A stretch of DNA of 55,357 nt, the filler included, from Bipalium vagum (Eukaryota): the NCBI GenBank assembly GCA_037834085.1. It is 3 parts of 3 records of this genome, joined end to end, with 100 filler letters (N's around TTAATTAATTAA, not from the genome) between each part and the next. Parts side by side here need not be neighbours in the genome. Positions count along the whole stretch, not along the records: positions 1 to 15,727 come from JBBMKC010149508.1; 2 more parts are not named here. One strand, 5' to 3'. The first letter of the stretch is position 1; each line of letters starts with the position of its first letter. The notes beneath the pieces were generated by a model. That model was not told the origin of the DNA, searched no databases, and was given only the letters and a program-made list of their open reading frames with translations. Positions 1 to 11,515 of this stretch are shown here, in pieces. The position numbers and the translations under genes were made by a program.

Positions 1-215
1 TATGTTCTCTGATAATTTTGGATTTTATAAAATCATGTACATTTTCCAGGACAATTATAAAATTAATTAAACCACATCCTATTATTTTTCCTATATTTTA
101 TTATTTTAAATCTACCATTTTAAAATTATTCCTCAAAATAGATTGTTAATAACGTAACTAAAATTAAAATCTTTCTCTATTTTTTCTGGTGAATCTCAAA
201 AAAATTTTCTTGTAG

Positions 216-526
216 GTCTCATGATTCCGATCGTCTTTATTGCGGTTGCCGGTCGAAGCAATGCTCTTGGTCCCATGATATCAGGGACTTCTGGTTTCCC
301 CGTTATCAACTGCCCGCCACTAGGTGCGGACTGGGTATCCAAGGATATTTGGTCCAGTCTGCATGTACCCAGTGGATTGGGTTGCGTGACAGTTCTGTCT
401 CAAGAAAATGCCGTTCAGAGTGCCGCTCAAATATTGGCAATGGCCGATCAGTTCATTTGGCTGAAATTGAGAGGAATGCGCCTGGAAAAATATGTCAATT
501 TGATTCGAGCAGACGAATTATTGTAA
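216..526 (+). CDS. PAICS: Terminal exon of PAICS (AIR carboxylase/PurE class II domain of bifunctional ADE2); upstream exons lie outside the window
   Basis: Acceptor ttcttgtag| at 215. Translation IPIVFIAVAGRSNALGPMISGTSGFPVINCPP...DIWSSLHVPSGLGCVTVL closely follows metazoan PAICS ([32 protein letters not shown]...DVWSSLRLPSGLGCSTVL). Stop TAA at 524-526. Confidence 0.95.
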
Positions 527-692
527 GACTACTCGTAGTTGGTTTTTGTTTAGGATTAATTAAATTGTTTTGTTTGTTTGTTCGTTTCTGATTTTCATTA
601 TAACTTACAACTTATATAGAAAGACTATGATTAAATTATTTAATATCGTAATTAATGACAATAGATATCTTTTAAAAAATTATAATGTAATA

Positions 693-1353
693 CAGTGGAA
701 GTCAGTTAATGCGATATCGCGAGTTTTTCAAGTGAAACTGAAAATTGCAATCTTTTAATTAGCAAACGTTTGAGAATCAGTGTTTCATTTTTTTCAAACG
801 ATGATATTTTGAGTTAAACAAACTAGAATATCATGATACCAATTAACCTTGAAAATCCGGAATTTGATAATAATATAGAAAGATTTTTAAGAGGTTCCTA
901 TTCCTTCCTTCAATAATGTTACTCAGGCAGTAAAAACAGTAAATTTATTCCTTCAAACTCATGAGGGATTTAGTAAAAGGTATGTAGATGCAATAGAATT
1001 TACAGAACAAAGTCAATATGGAAATGATTCAAGTTATGAAACAAACAAAAATAACGGATTTTTTTCAAATTGAAAAAATATTAAATTTTAATCTTGTATT
1101 ATTTTTCTTTTTTCGCTCTTCTGCTTATTTATTTTAGTCTTCAGTATTTATTTATTAAGTATTTCGATAACCACTTGATTATTATCATTATAAGTTTCAA
1201 TCTGGTTTAATAATTATTTATTATTGTATAATTAAAGTGTTTTTTTAATTTTGTGATGTAATATTGCACAAGAGTTTTCAAGCATATTCGTCTAATCCGG
1301 ATAAATTATTTGGTCCCCAGCGATCCGGATTAGACGAAAAGTACAAAATACTG
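693..1353 (+). mobile_element. pogo/Tigger-like DNA transposon remnant
   Basis: TA-CAGTGG start at 691-698 and ...GGTCCC...CCGGATTAGACG...TACTG-TA end at about 1311-1355. Internal decayed peptide EVPIPSFNNVTQAVKTVNLFLQ...KQTKITDFF is typical of the pogo/Tigger C-terminus. The two ends match poorly and may come from two elements. Confidence 0.55.
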
Positions 1354-2329
1354 TATTTAGGTGTAAATGTTAAACTTTTATTTAAAGTTGTCACATTATT
1401 ATATTTTAATAATTATGGCATTATAATTATGATGCTGATCAGACCATGGGAATTTTTAATTTAAAAATCATTTATATTTTTAATATATTACGTTTTAAAA
1501 ATTAATGAATGTTGATAAACTTTAACTATTTTGAAAGTTAATATAATGTTCTAATTAATTTAGTAAATTAATAATTTTCATATTTAAATTAAAATTTAAA
1601 GGTATTTTAAATATTGATGACATAGTAAAATTCTATGGTTTGATAGCAATTTTTTTAATATTGTACAATTGTTAATCACTCAATAAAATTATTTAAAACG
1701 ACTTATTGATATGGATTCCAAAAAGATAGAGATTAATAATAATAAAGGTATTGGCAATAACATTTTAAGGTAAACAATTGGTAATTAGATTCTATAAAAA
1801 TTTTATATAATTTCAAGATATCAGGTTTAAAAAATATCTGCTATTGACTTTAAGCTTTTAATATATGCTTTTCAAGTAAAACAAAACCTTATTACTTAAA
1901 ATAAAGAACGACGTGACATTGTTCGCTGTTTAGTGTATCAAATTTAGACCTGACTCCAACTCTTAGATGGTGCAATAATAACAATCAGTAAAGCAACGAT
2001 TTGTATTTATAATAAACAATCACAAAAATACAGAATGATAATCAAAAGTCTGTGATCACAATTAATGTCTGAATTTTTGAAAAACTTTCAAAATCAAACT
2101 ACCCCGCAAAATAAAATATAACCAACAACACTAAAATCAAATGAATTTATAGAATAATAAGTATATCAAACAGCAATGTCAAATAAAAAATCAATTATAA
2201 TATAATGTTTAATTCAAAGTCTAATTAAAACAAAATATAACTTATACGCTAAATTAATCAATATTAATAATTACCTTTTTATAAAAGATAATAGAAAGAT
2301 AAAAGAAAATAGAATCGATTTTTTTGAGC

Positions 2330-2520
2330 TATCGATTATTTGAGCTATTACAAAACATAGTCAGATTTAACTATTACGTGATTGTCATTCAAAGATTTCT
2401 GTAAATGTTACTGGAATTATATAAATGATCTCAATTGTCCAAATTTTATTCTTTGATGAAAATGATAGATTTAGTGTTTCCAGTTTTTTCTGGTATCATC
2501 TTGATTTATTTATTTTATCT
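2330..2520 (-). pseudogene. Possible Polinton packaging-ATPase (A32/FtsK-like) remnant
   Basis: Minus strand reads GNTKSIIFIKE* ... VTFTEIFE*QSRNS*I*LCFVIAQ, resembling the Walker-B and F-x-RGSRH-x-NISVI-x-x-x-Q motifs. It lies next to the pPolB remnant. Heavily decayed. Confidence 0.35.
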
Positions 2521-2699
2521 TAGTTCAGAAATCTTAAAATACTGGTTATATTATAGATAATTTAATATTCACTTTGTCTTCTGATTTTCTGTATCTCTGA
2601 AATTGCGGGTATTATCTAAAGGATAGTCATAATTATTTATTTAGTTTTTTAGTAGAATTTTCTTACATTAAATAAGTAAAAAAATATTTTATTTTTAAT

Positions 2700-4160
2700 A
2701 ATCGAATTAATATTGCTTTATTTGATGAATTAAAACAAGCTTCAAAAGGTGGCACATCTACCGAAATAGATCCACATTTCATTTTTACTTATATAGGTGC
2801 TCAAGATATACTTATTTTTGAATGAAGATATGAAAAATAACTTACATGAAATTTATAATTATTTGAAAATTAAAATGGAAGAATATGAAGCAACAGGAAG
2901 TGGTTTAATTGTTTATAAAGTAAATGAAATATCATTAGTAATTTAAAATATAAAATATCTCAAGTATAAAGTTATATGAAATTTTTGTGGTGTAATTCTG
3001 TTTTAAATATTAAGAATGAAATGAGCATTTTTCTGTTTGATCAATTTTGGCTTCAGTGTTTCTTGTTCTAAATAACACTGATTTTCCACATAATTATTAT
3101 AATTATTTAAAATATATAAATTCAAAAATATTAAGTTTACATTACATTTAAACGATATTAAAAAATTTAATAAACAAATTTCTAATGTAAAAAGTAAATG
3201 TTTTTAAAACTAATGATATTATGAAAAAAACAAATATATAGAACATTTATATTGGAAACAAACAACACTAAACAATAAACATTATACTAATTTATTCTTC
3301 TATTCAAAAACTATAAATGATAAAAATTTTAATCACTTTGTAAATATATTTCAATATTTTTAAAGGATTTTAATAGACATAAATCTTTTACATGTTTATA
3401 TTGCTTATGGTTTTTTCGAATTGAACATGAAATAGAAAAACATTTTAATTTAGATTGCAGACAACAAAAACCAGATTAAAATACTGTTTCTAAAAAAAAA
3501 AATTCAGAATTTAATAAATTTCATTTTAAAATAAAGTACGATTTAGAATATAATGTGATTTTGAAGCTTATAATAAACTTAATAAAAATAGTTCGGTATT
3601 ATTGAAACAAGAAGTCACGTGTTTTGATATTTACATTAAATCAATTTATTAAAAGATATTTCAATCAAAATATATTTAATTCTTTGGTGAAGATGCAGTA
3701 TTGAGAATTGTTGAATATGTTGATGATTTAACTTGAAATTTGAGGAATTATTAAAAATAAAGGCGATTGTGTAGTTTTGTACTGTAAATTATTTTTATTA
3801 CAAATATTAAGTATTGACTTATTTTATAAAAATTTTTATGAATTATTTTGTTAACATATTTATTTTATCAAAAGTAATTTTATATTTTTAAAAATAATTT
3901 AAGCAATATAAACCTTAAAAATGGTTGGTAGATCAAAGGGACCTGAAAAATTGTAGTTGTTCATAAGTTAAAGTTTAAAAAACAATCAATATCATTATTG
4001 ATTTTTTACTAAAAATAATTTACAGTACAAAGCTACACAATCGCCAAAATAAATATAGAAATGAATTTAAATAAAGAAGATGAAGTTAATGATAATTAAT
4101 CTAAAACATATTATTATTTTGAAAAGGATTTAGTTATAATGATAAAGTAAGCGAAGCTTT
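2700..4160 (+). mobile_element. Polinton/Maverick protein-primed DNA polymerase B N-terminal pseudogene, interrupted by a MITE
   Basis: Frameshifted but colinear blocks: KMEEYEATGSG (2873-), NSVLNIKNE..SILASVF, KNIKF.LHLNDIKKF, FTCLYCL...EKHF..DC, CDFEAYNK (ExoI-like, about 3555), FFGEDAV, ELLKIN[MITE]IEMNLNKEDE, KGFSYNDKV. The order matches the N-terminal region of invertebrate Polinton pPolB. Confidence 0.7.
3762..4045. mobile_element. MITE (284 bp) with Merlin-type ends
   Basis: 35-bp TIRs GGCGATTGTGTAGTTTTGTACTGTAAATTATTTTT / AAAAATAATTTACAGTACAAAGCTACACAATCGCC (1 mismatch), flanked by the 8-bp direct repeat AAAATAAA (3754-3761 and 4046-4053). GG termini plus an 8-bp TSD fit the Merlin superfamily. 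Confidence 0.85.
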
Positions 4161-4659
4161 TAACACTAAAAGTGTTGATGACAAAATGGAGTTTATTATA
4201 TATTCACGAATGATTCTGAACACTTTATTTTGCTTGTCAATATTTTCGGAGCTCTGTCAATGTAAAAAACCTGTAAAAATAAATGTTAACGTCAATTTAA
4301 ATCAATTAAAAATCGCCTCTAAATCAATTGATAAATATAAACAAATAACAACAATATTCGGGCATTACAAATCTACAAATCATTTTGAACGAACCTAATA
4401 AATAATTATCTGCAAAAGTAACAATAAAATCGATTTCTTGTATTTTTCTTGTATTTTTCTTAAAAATTAAAAGTAAAAAAAATATTATCAATCTGTAAAA
4501 TGCGGAAAATATTTTCATTAACCACTGAACAATTTATTGATAATTTTAATGAACTTTATTTATTTTTCACTTACCGTTATTTAATAATAAATCTTTAATC
4601 GATTTTGACAATCTTTAACAATAAATACAGAAAAAAGAACAATTAATTTTCTTTTGATT

Positions 4660-5590
4660 CAGAGACCCTCACCTGGACTCATTTTGAGACCCCTCCACCG
4701 ACAGAAGACCAATGAAAAAATCGATTTAGGAAAATGTAATTGATTAATTTGAAATAAATTATCGAAATCAATAAATACTTAATTATTTTTAATGAAATCC
4801 ATTCATAAAGTCGTCGGACGGTTGATTGGGGCAAGATTGAAGTTGCAAAGGAAGTCTGCGTTGGCCGATATCCCTTCGTTTTGCCCAACGGCAAAATGGA
4901 TATATTGGGGAATCATGTTAATGCCAATTGGCAAAAGTGAAAATTTCCAACATTATTTAATGACAAAATCAGGCTACATGGCCCATAAAAAAGTGTGAAT
5001 AGCAATTAATGGCTACATGTAGCCTGGCCATTATAGTAATCCTCATCGACGCCAACCACATCAATACGAATCTGATAGCCAGTATTCAATCATTTCCACG
5101 AGCCAGACTTAATCGCCCGTTTCCTAGCATTACCACCTTCAGATAATTTAGAGTATTGTGGCGCCAAATGGAACATTGCCCCTTTTTAATTAGAGACAAT
5201 ATCACCTGGAATTCCAATACGAAATGGAGATAAAAAACAAAAGTCGAATGGCTATTGAGGGGGCTATTATACGAGAGAAACATAAACGTTTCCCAATGTT
5301 GTCGCCGCACTTGACATTGTGCCTACCTTCACAAATGGAAGGCATACCACGCCGACTGGATTGTGACTTTGGTGATAATAATAATTTGATCACTTTTCAT
5401 AATGTTAACTGAAGATCGGACGAGCAACTGTCACTTTTTCCGAACGGAATACCATATGTGACTACTACTACTATTTTAGCATGTGGTATGGGGAACATTT
5501 CCTGAGAGAAATTGGCAAACAGTTAAATTAACTTGACTTCTCATTTCAATTGATTTCCATTTGGTTTCTGACGAAGATTGCCAGCGCAAA
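4660..5590 (+). promoter_or_regulatory. GC-enriched, transposon-free upstream region of noggin (candidate promoter/enhancers/5' UTR)
   Basis: Visibly higher GC and complexity than the flanks, with no coherent ORF. Contains GGCGCC (5160-5165), CAGAC (5104-5108) and several GCCG motifs. Function is inferred. Confidence 0.45.
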
Positions 5591-6382
5591 ATGAGATTTT
5601 TACCGATTTGCTCAGCAACGATTTACGTAACGATCTTGTTCGCCGACGTGATCTCGGCCCAAATCACTCTGACGGAACGGGACAATGCTTCTCAATCGTT
5701 GTGGCTCCAGTTCCAGAGAAAGAACATCTTCAAAAGTCCATCACAAACGAACCGGATCCGTTTCCCCATCGATTCCAAAGGCTCATTGGACAGTCTGATC
5801 AAGCCGAATTACAAACCGAAATTTCCGTTCTATTTTCCCACGTTCATGGAAGAAAAACGAGTGGACAACGTTCACCAAATGACAAACCGTGAATTCTGGA
5901 ACCTGTTGACCGTGGACAATTTCAATGACAAATTGATGAGCATCGACAAACCGTCATCGTCAGCCAGCCGTGACGGTCTCTATTTGTCCAAAGCGTTAGT
6001 GGATTCGCAAAAACGGCAACTGAAACGGTTCATCAGGAAAATATTGAAACTGTTTCACGCCAAAACCGTCCGAGCGACAATCGATAGAGATTTTCGTCGA
6101 AAGCTGAGGAATATGATGAATCTGTTCAGCATGTGTCCCGTGAGGTATCACTGGAAAGACATGGGACCCAAATTCTGGCCGCGCTGGATCAAGCAAGGAA
6201 GTTGTGCCAAATTGTCGAAATCCTGCAGCTATCCGGAGGGACTGGTTTGCCAGGAATATCAACATAGAAATATCGCCGTTCTCCGCTTTCTGTGTATGTC
6301 AGACTGGCCGAAATCGAAATGCAAATGGTACAAAATATACATTCCCTTTCTATTGACATGTAAGTGCGGCTGCAACGGTTGA
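5591..6382 (+). CDS. nog: Noggin (secreted cystine-knot BMP antagonist), single coding exon, 263 aa
   Basis: ATG at 5591 (the ORF-track start at 5561 is TTG), followed by a hydrophobic signal peptide. Basic stretch DFRRKLRNMM. C-terminus CPVRYHWKDMGPKFWPRWIKQGSC..SCSYPEGLVC..LRFLC-8aa-CKW..TCKCGC has the 9-Cys noggin pattern. Confidence 0.95.
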   Translation: MRFLPICSATIYVTILFADVISAQITLTERDNASQSLWLQFQRKNIFKSPSQTNRIRFPIDSKGSLDSLIKPNYKPKFPFYFPTFMEEKRVDNVHQMTNREFWNLLTVDNFNDKLMSIDKPSSSASRDGLYLSKALVDSQKRQLKRFIRKILKLFHAKTVRATIDRDFRRKLRNMMNLFSMCPVRYHWKDMGPKFWPRWIKQGSCAKLSKSCSYPEGLVCQEYQHRNIAVLRFLCMSDWPKSKCKWYKIYIPFLLTCKCGCNG

Positions 6383-6742
6383 CCTGGCCATGCAATGGTC
6401 CCGAAATCAATACCTCATGAATCTGAAGCATTTCATTCTTCATATCAATGGGAAATGTCATTTGGAAACCTTTACAGTATTGTTTGAACAACATTTACTC
6501 TTTTGTGAAGCGTTACTTTAATCAGATTTATTGATTTTTTCCTGTTTGAATTTCAAATGGAATTGTTGCAATTATCGATTGGCACACTTTATTTATTTTA
6601 TTTTTTTATTTCAAGAGCGCAACATTTAGGACTGGTTTTTATTTTTCAATTAAATATATTATTCAATTAATAATATTGGAAATTTAATATCATTTTATAA
6701 TATATATATTATTATTATTTTCATTTTATTTTTATTTGTAGA

Positions 6743-6808
<66 letters not shown>
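6743..6808. repeat. (ATT)22 microsatellite
   Basis: Perfect trinucleotide tract, followed by a short GCT/GTT run. Confidence 0.97.
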
Positions 6809-7199
6809 GCTGTTGTTGCTGTTATTCATTTTATATTTTATATTTTTTGTTATTATTAATTTAATTAATTAATTAATTTTATTATTATTATTTATTTTTT
6901 TTTAATATTATTATTGTGGATTATTAATAATATTATGATTTATATAATTACATTTTTATTATTATTATTAATTTTATTGATTTATTATATTAAGATATTT
7001 CGACACATAATGAGTGGGTTGTATTAATAAGAACTGGAATTGTAAATCATTAATCACAAGTGCCACTATCGGCTATCAGTGTTTTACTATGTGAAATTAA
7101 TATTAAATGTTGCAATAAATTCACAAATAAAACGAATACTTAACGGGATGATTTATTAAATAAATAAAATTTTCATTATTAATTTAATTAATAAAAATG

Positions 7200-7480
7200 A
7201 ACTCGTGATCATTTAATAATTCTTATTTGTCGGATAATGAGTTTTCGATACCCACAATCCCGCATGGTCCTTGTTTTTGAACAACCCCCAATGTTCTTGA
7301 ACAGTAGTTTTTCATTGATCTTCTTTTTTGATATGGTGAAATATTTTGTTATCCAACTTTAATAATGTTTATCTTTCATAAGAGGGTCCAGTGAGTTCCG
7401 ATTAGATTTTTTCTTCTAGGTTCCCGTATAACCTCTTCGGGTTTGTAGTCTAAAATTAAAATTTCTTGTCAGTAACCTTA
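7200..7480 (-). mobile_element. Non-LTR retrotransposon remnant (R4/Dong-like)
   Basis: Minus strand NF*TTNPKRLYGNL resembles the N-x-K-x-FY-x-x-L motif upstream of RT in R4-clade elements. Short and decayed. Confidence 0.35.
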
Positions 7481-7529
7481 CTGTCTCATTACTGCTGTCC
7501 ATTGCTCTATTGATGGGGATTATTTATTA

Positions 7530-8040
7530 TTAATTACATTTGTTGGTTTCTTTTTCTTTAAGCGAAAACAGCTGCAGACACACATCGAAAACTTTTAAGA
7601 GTCTATGGCAGAGATGGAATAACCGAAAGCATTTGCCATATTTGGTTTACAAAATTTCGTTACGGAAATTTCTCGATTTAAGATGAATAAAGCTCTGGAA
7701 GGCCGATTCAACTTAATGAAGACCAATTAAAGACAATTACCGAAAATGACAGACATATTACCGTTGGTCAGATCGCAGAAAAGTTGGATTTATCGTAAAC
7801 AACTATTGATGATCATTTAAGAAATCTGGGATATTTAAAAAACTTCATATCTGAGTCCGACATACATTGGATGAAATTCAGTTAACCCAACGTATCAATA
7901 TTTGTGACATTTCTCAAACGAATTCAAAGCAATCCATTTTTAAAAAAGCTGATAACCAGTGACGAAAAATGGATTGTATACAATAATGACCAATGCCAAA
8001 GTTCATGGTCAAAGTCCTGTAGACCAGTCAAAGAATATCA
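7530..8040 (+). mobile_element. mariner transposase pseudogene (N-terminal half)
   Basis: KTAADTHRKLLRVYG..WFTKFRYGNFS..SGRP..IAEKL..HLRNLG..*VRHTL (WVPHEL)..PFLKKLITSDEKWIVYNN. A mariner-like TIR end (TTTTGAACAGCCCAATA) lies at about 8425-8441. Confidence 0.9.
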
Positions 8041-8059
8041 AAACTCTACATATTGTGTT

Positions 8060-8240
8060 TTTCCATGATCATCTTTCGCCAACGACCTACATCATCTACG
8101 TGCATCTCACCTCCATTGAAAACTTTTAAAAACCAGCGTTGAAGCATGCGTTTCTTACATTTTTCTTCTCTAAATACACTGATGATCTTCCCGTTGTCTT
8201 CTACACCTTTATAGAAAAATTTAAATTCATATAAAAAAAA
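8060..8240 (-). mobile_element. Second short mariner N-terminal fragment
   Basis: Minus strand KRMLQRWFLK.FNGGEMHVDD resembles the mariner HTH1 region. Confidence 0.5.
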
Positions 8241-9479
8241 TTGCGCGTAATTGACTCTTTTCCATGGTAAGCTCTATAACTATTAGAAATATTATTTTAA
8301 ATTAAGTTTAAAACATGTAGATTGAAATGTGCGCCTTAAAATGATATACAATAAGCGCCTTAAAACAAAAGATAAATTGTTAAAATATCGTCTAATAATT
8401 GACTATGATATAAATGACATTATGTTTTGAACAGCCCAATAATAATGTTTATAACGGTTTTAATAAAATAAATAAAAGCCACATATGTTAGTTTCAGATA
8501 GAGTAAAAATATTTAAATATAAAAAATAATTTTTTGGGAAGATTTTCTGCAAATTGTTAAATTCCAAAAATGTTTGAAACGGAACAAAATGAGTACGCTA
8601 TGTAATCTCTATAATAGTCAACATTCATTCATGTGACCAATAAAATTAAATATATTTAAAAACGATGAAAACTAAAAAAATCAATAGCAAAGTTCCAAGT
8701 TGGGCAACATGGTTTTCCAGTACCTTCAAAATTCAAACAGAAAAGAAATTCAAAATTGGCAATTATATTTCAAAATTGAAATAGAAGAAATAAAACAAAA
8801 TGAAAAAATAACTTTTCGAAAAAAGATATTAGGAAAAAAGTTAGGAAACCGTTACATGTCACCATTAAAAACTTGATTATTTTCAAGAAAAAAATCATTT
8901 CAGTTTTTACAAAGTTTTGGTACAGTTTGACATAATGTTTTGATTAAAAATATTAAAACGTGTTTAGGATTAGAATGTTCCCGTCAGTGAAACGAACATT
9001 ATTTTCATAAATTATATTCAGTCTCTCCTTTGATTATATATTATTAATGAAGAATGTTGACGCAGCTTTACACATAAATAAAATTTGAAATAAAAGATTT
9101 AATAAAATTGAAGGCTTTAGGTTCTCCAAATATGAACAGAGAAAGTAGCCGAAGAAATGAAAAGGAATCCCAGAGTATTAAATTGGGAAAACCGAAATAA
9201 TCGAAGATATAAAAAATATAACGGATGACTTATTATTTTTAAGATATAAATAGACCCACGAAAAATAATAACATTATTATTCTTTTAATGATATCAGATC
9301 ATCCCATTGGTCATTATGGTTTTTAATTGATTAGTATTTAGCCTTGTTTTTCTACATCTATTTGATTTACTGATAGGCCAATCGTTTGAAATGATATGTA
9401 GTAACATATTATTCAAATCCATTTACTTTTTCAAATAGATTTAACAAATTTTTAATTTGCAGTGTTGACCTTTACAGAA

Positions 9480-10250
9480 GAGATGATAAGAAAATACAAT
9501 GCTGTATGTTTTAAATGCAAATCAGCATAAGAAAGTCCTATGATAGGCTATACATGACAGTGGTCGATCATCCATGTCTAAGTACACTTTAAAAACGGTT
9601 CAGAAAGTTTCGCAATCAAGATTAAAAATTTCAGGTCAAGTCAAGATCGGGTGAAACCATAGATAAATGGGATGACTTTGAAGCACTTGTAGAAGATCTC
9701 CGTCGAAGCACGTTTGAAGTGGCTACATTTAGGGATACTTCTAAAGAAGACTGTCTACCGACATCTGACTGAAATGTTTAAAATTTTTAAGTTCTGTAAT
9801 TATGCTTGACACTTTAAGTTAATAGCAACTTTTTAATCGAGTGACATTTTCTACGCCCTTGCTCGCTCACTATGATGCAGTTACATTTCTTGAAAGAATT
9901 ATAGCATGTGATGAGAAATGGGTTCTTTATTCCTATAATGACCGATACAATTTTTTTAAAATTAAAATAACGAAAATAAAACCCTTCATAAATAAGACCA
10001 TATTCATATTTATATTTCCAAAGAAAACCGGTAATATTTAATTGTAGGTTGTTAAGTTCGAAATACGCGTTGTTTATAAAAAAGAATTCTTTTTGAGTCG
10101 GAATTGGCCTTTCACCAGACCTGAAGTACTGCCATCTTCTGTTTGGTTTTTCGAAATGTATCCACTTCTCATTGAACAAAAAAAATCTTTCAAAAAGAAC
10201 ACTATTCTTGGGTTTTTGCAATAAAATTTGACTCATGCTAACACGAACTA
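9480..10250 (+). mobile_element. Degenerate mariner transposase
   Basis: FRKFRNQD..SRSGRP (about 9600-9660), FLERIIACDEKWVLYSYN (9885-9940), SPDL..HLLF (about 10110-10145). Confidence 0.75.
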
Positions 10251-10319
10251 TCATGTTTTCAAAACTAAGTTGATCTGGTTGATCCATTTACTACATCTAT
10301 ATATTTTCCAAATTGAATG

Positions 10320-10570
10320 TAAGTGATTTAATATGACCACGTGGTTACATCTGAATCTTTCAACAAGTCCTGGAGTAGTTTGTATAGAATGATTTATTTT
10401 AAGTTTTAAGGGTTTGAGGACGTAGTCTACACTGACCATCTTTTAGATTTATATTTCCCTATTTAAATCGTTGAAACCATCTCCTTCATTTACTATTAAT
10501 AATAAGAATTTCAGCAACACACATTTTGTTCGGTATGATTCTGTGGCAGTCTTTTCTTATTTGAAATCAT
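10320..10570 (-). mobile_element. Ty3/Gypsy integrase remnant
   Basis: Minus-strand ORF 10251-10439 contains IQTTPGLVERF, similar to the integrase motif PQTNGLVERFN. Confidence 0.45.
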
Positions 10571-11039
10571 AACACATACAAATGCTAATTTTGTATTTTT
10601 GTTGATCTTCAGGTCTTAACTTATTTTCCAACTAAAAATAAGTGATAATATAATAATATAATAATAAAAGATAATATTAATAAAATATTATAAATGAAAC
10701 AAAAATACATGATAAAATTTAAAACGCGCGCTTTCTTGGTGGTTTATGCAATAATAGATTTTATTGATTAACACGAAAATTGCTAACCTAACACAACATT
10801 ATAATTTTAAACAATAAAACTGTAAAATGTGATGAAATTAATGCAACTGGGATACTAACATGAGAAAAAGAGTGAAAAATATAAATAAAATTTTATATAA
10901 AAAATAAAGTGAAATATATTGTCTAATATTTTTATTTTTTATTAGAAATAAGAAAAGAGGAACTTTTATTTTGATGTGACGCTGACTATTTTGTAACCAT
11001 TATTGATAAAATTTATAGATAAAGGCAAATGTAATATAA

Positions 11040-11515
11040 ATGTTCACCCATGTAATCTTTCCACGAATCCAACAAGAAACATTCGCAGCCCAGATGATAC
11101 TCAATATTGTTCATCGACATGGATAAAACCGCTTGAGATATGCTTAGGTTTACGCATTTGATTATTTTCACATGGGCAGCATCTCGTTGCAAAGGAAAAG
11201 ATTTCTGATGCCCTGATGGATAGTGAGAGCTGCACGGGTTGATTAAGACAGAGAAATATTTCCATCCGCCTTTTATTACGACAAGGAGAAATGGCTCGTG
11301 TGTATCCCGTAGTGGTGATAACCACAACCCCCGGTTTATGCGCCTCGCTCCTCATTCGTATGCGTTACCTTACCTTTTCAAGACTTTGTATCACTATTTT
11401 TGACTCTTACTGATATCAGTCGTTGGGAAATATGTTACTCCAACATTGAAGAACCAGAAAGCAGGCGAAAACGTGGTCTGTGGAAAAACCAGTGAAAAAT
11501 GATGTGAAAACTAAT
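11040..11515 (+). mobile_element. Non-LTR retrotransposon 3' remnant (R4/Dong-like)
   Basis: WIKPL..FSHGQHL..SCTG*LRQRNIS resembles the HGQ...WL.xGN region downstream of RT. The GC-richer block ends CCAGTGAAAAATGATGTGAAAACTAAT next to a TTA run. Confidence 0.4.

Noticed and set aside
4679-5412. Five short ORFs upstream of noggin
   Set aside because: Mutually overlapping on both strands with no domain signal; expected in a GC-richer non-coding block.
6293-6322. Noggin-like (insertion-type) classification
   Set aside because: Only 8 residues lie between Cys5 and Cys6, so there is no insertion.
5578-6494. Overlapping ORFs 5578-5892(+), 5996-6265(-), 6189-6494(-)
   Set aside because: Shadow ORFs of the GC-richer noggin CDS with no motifs.
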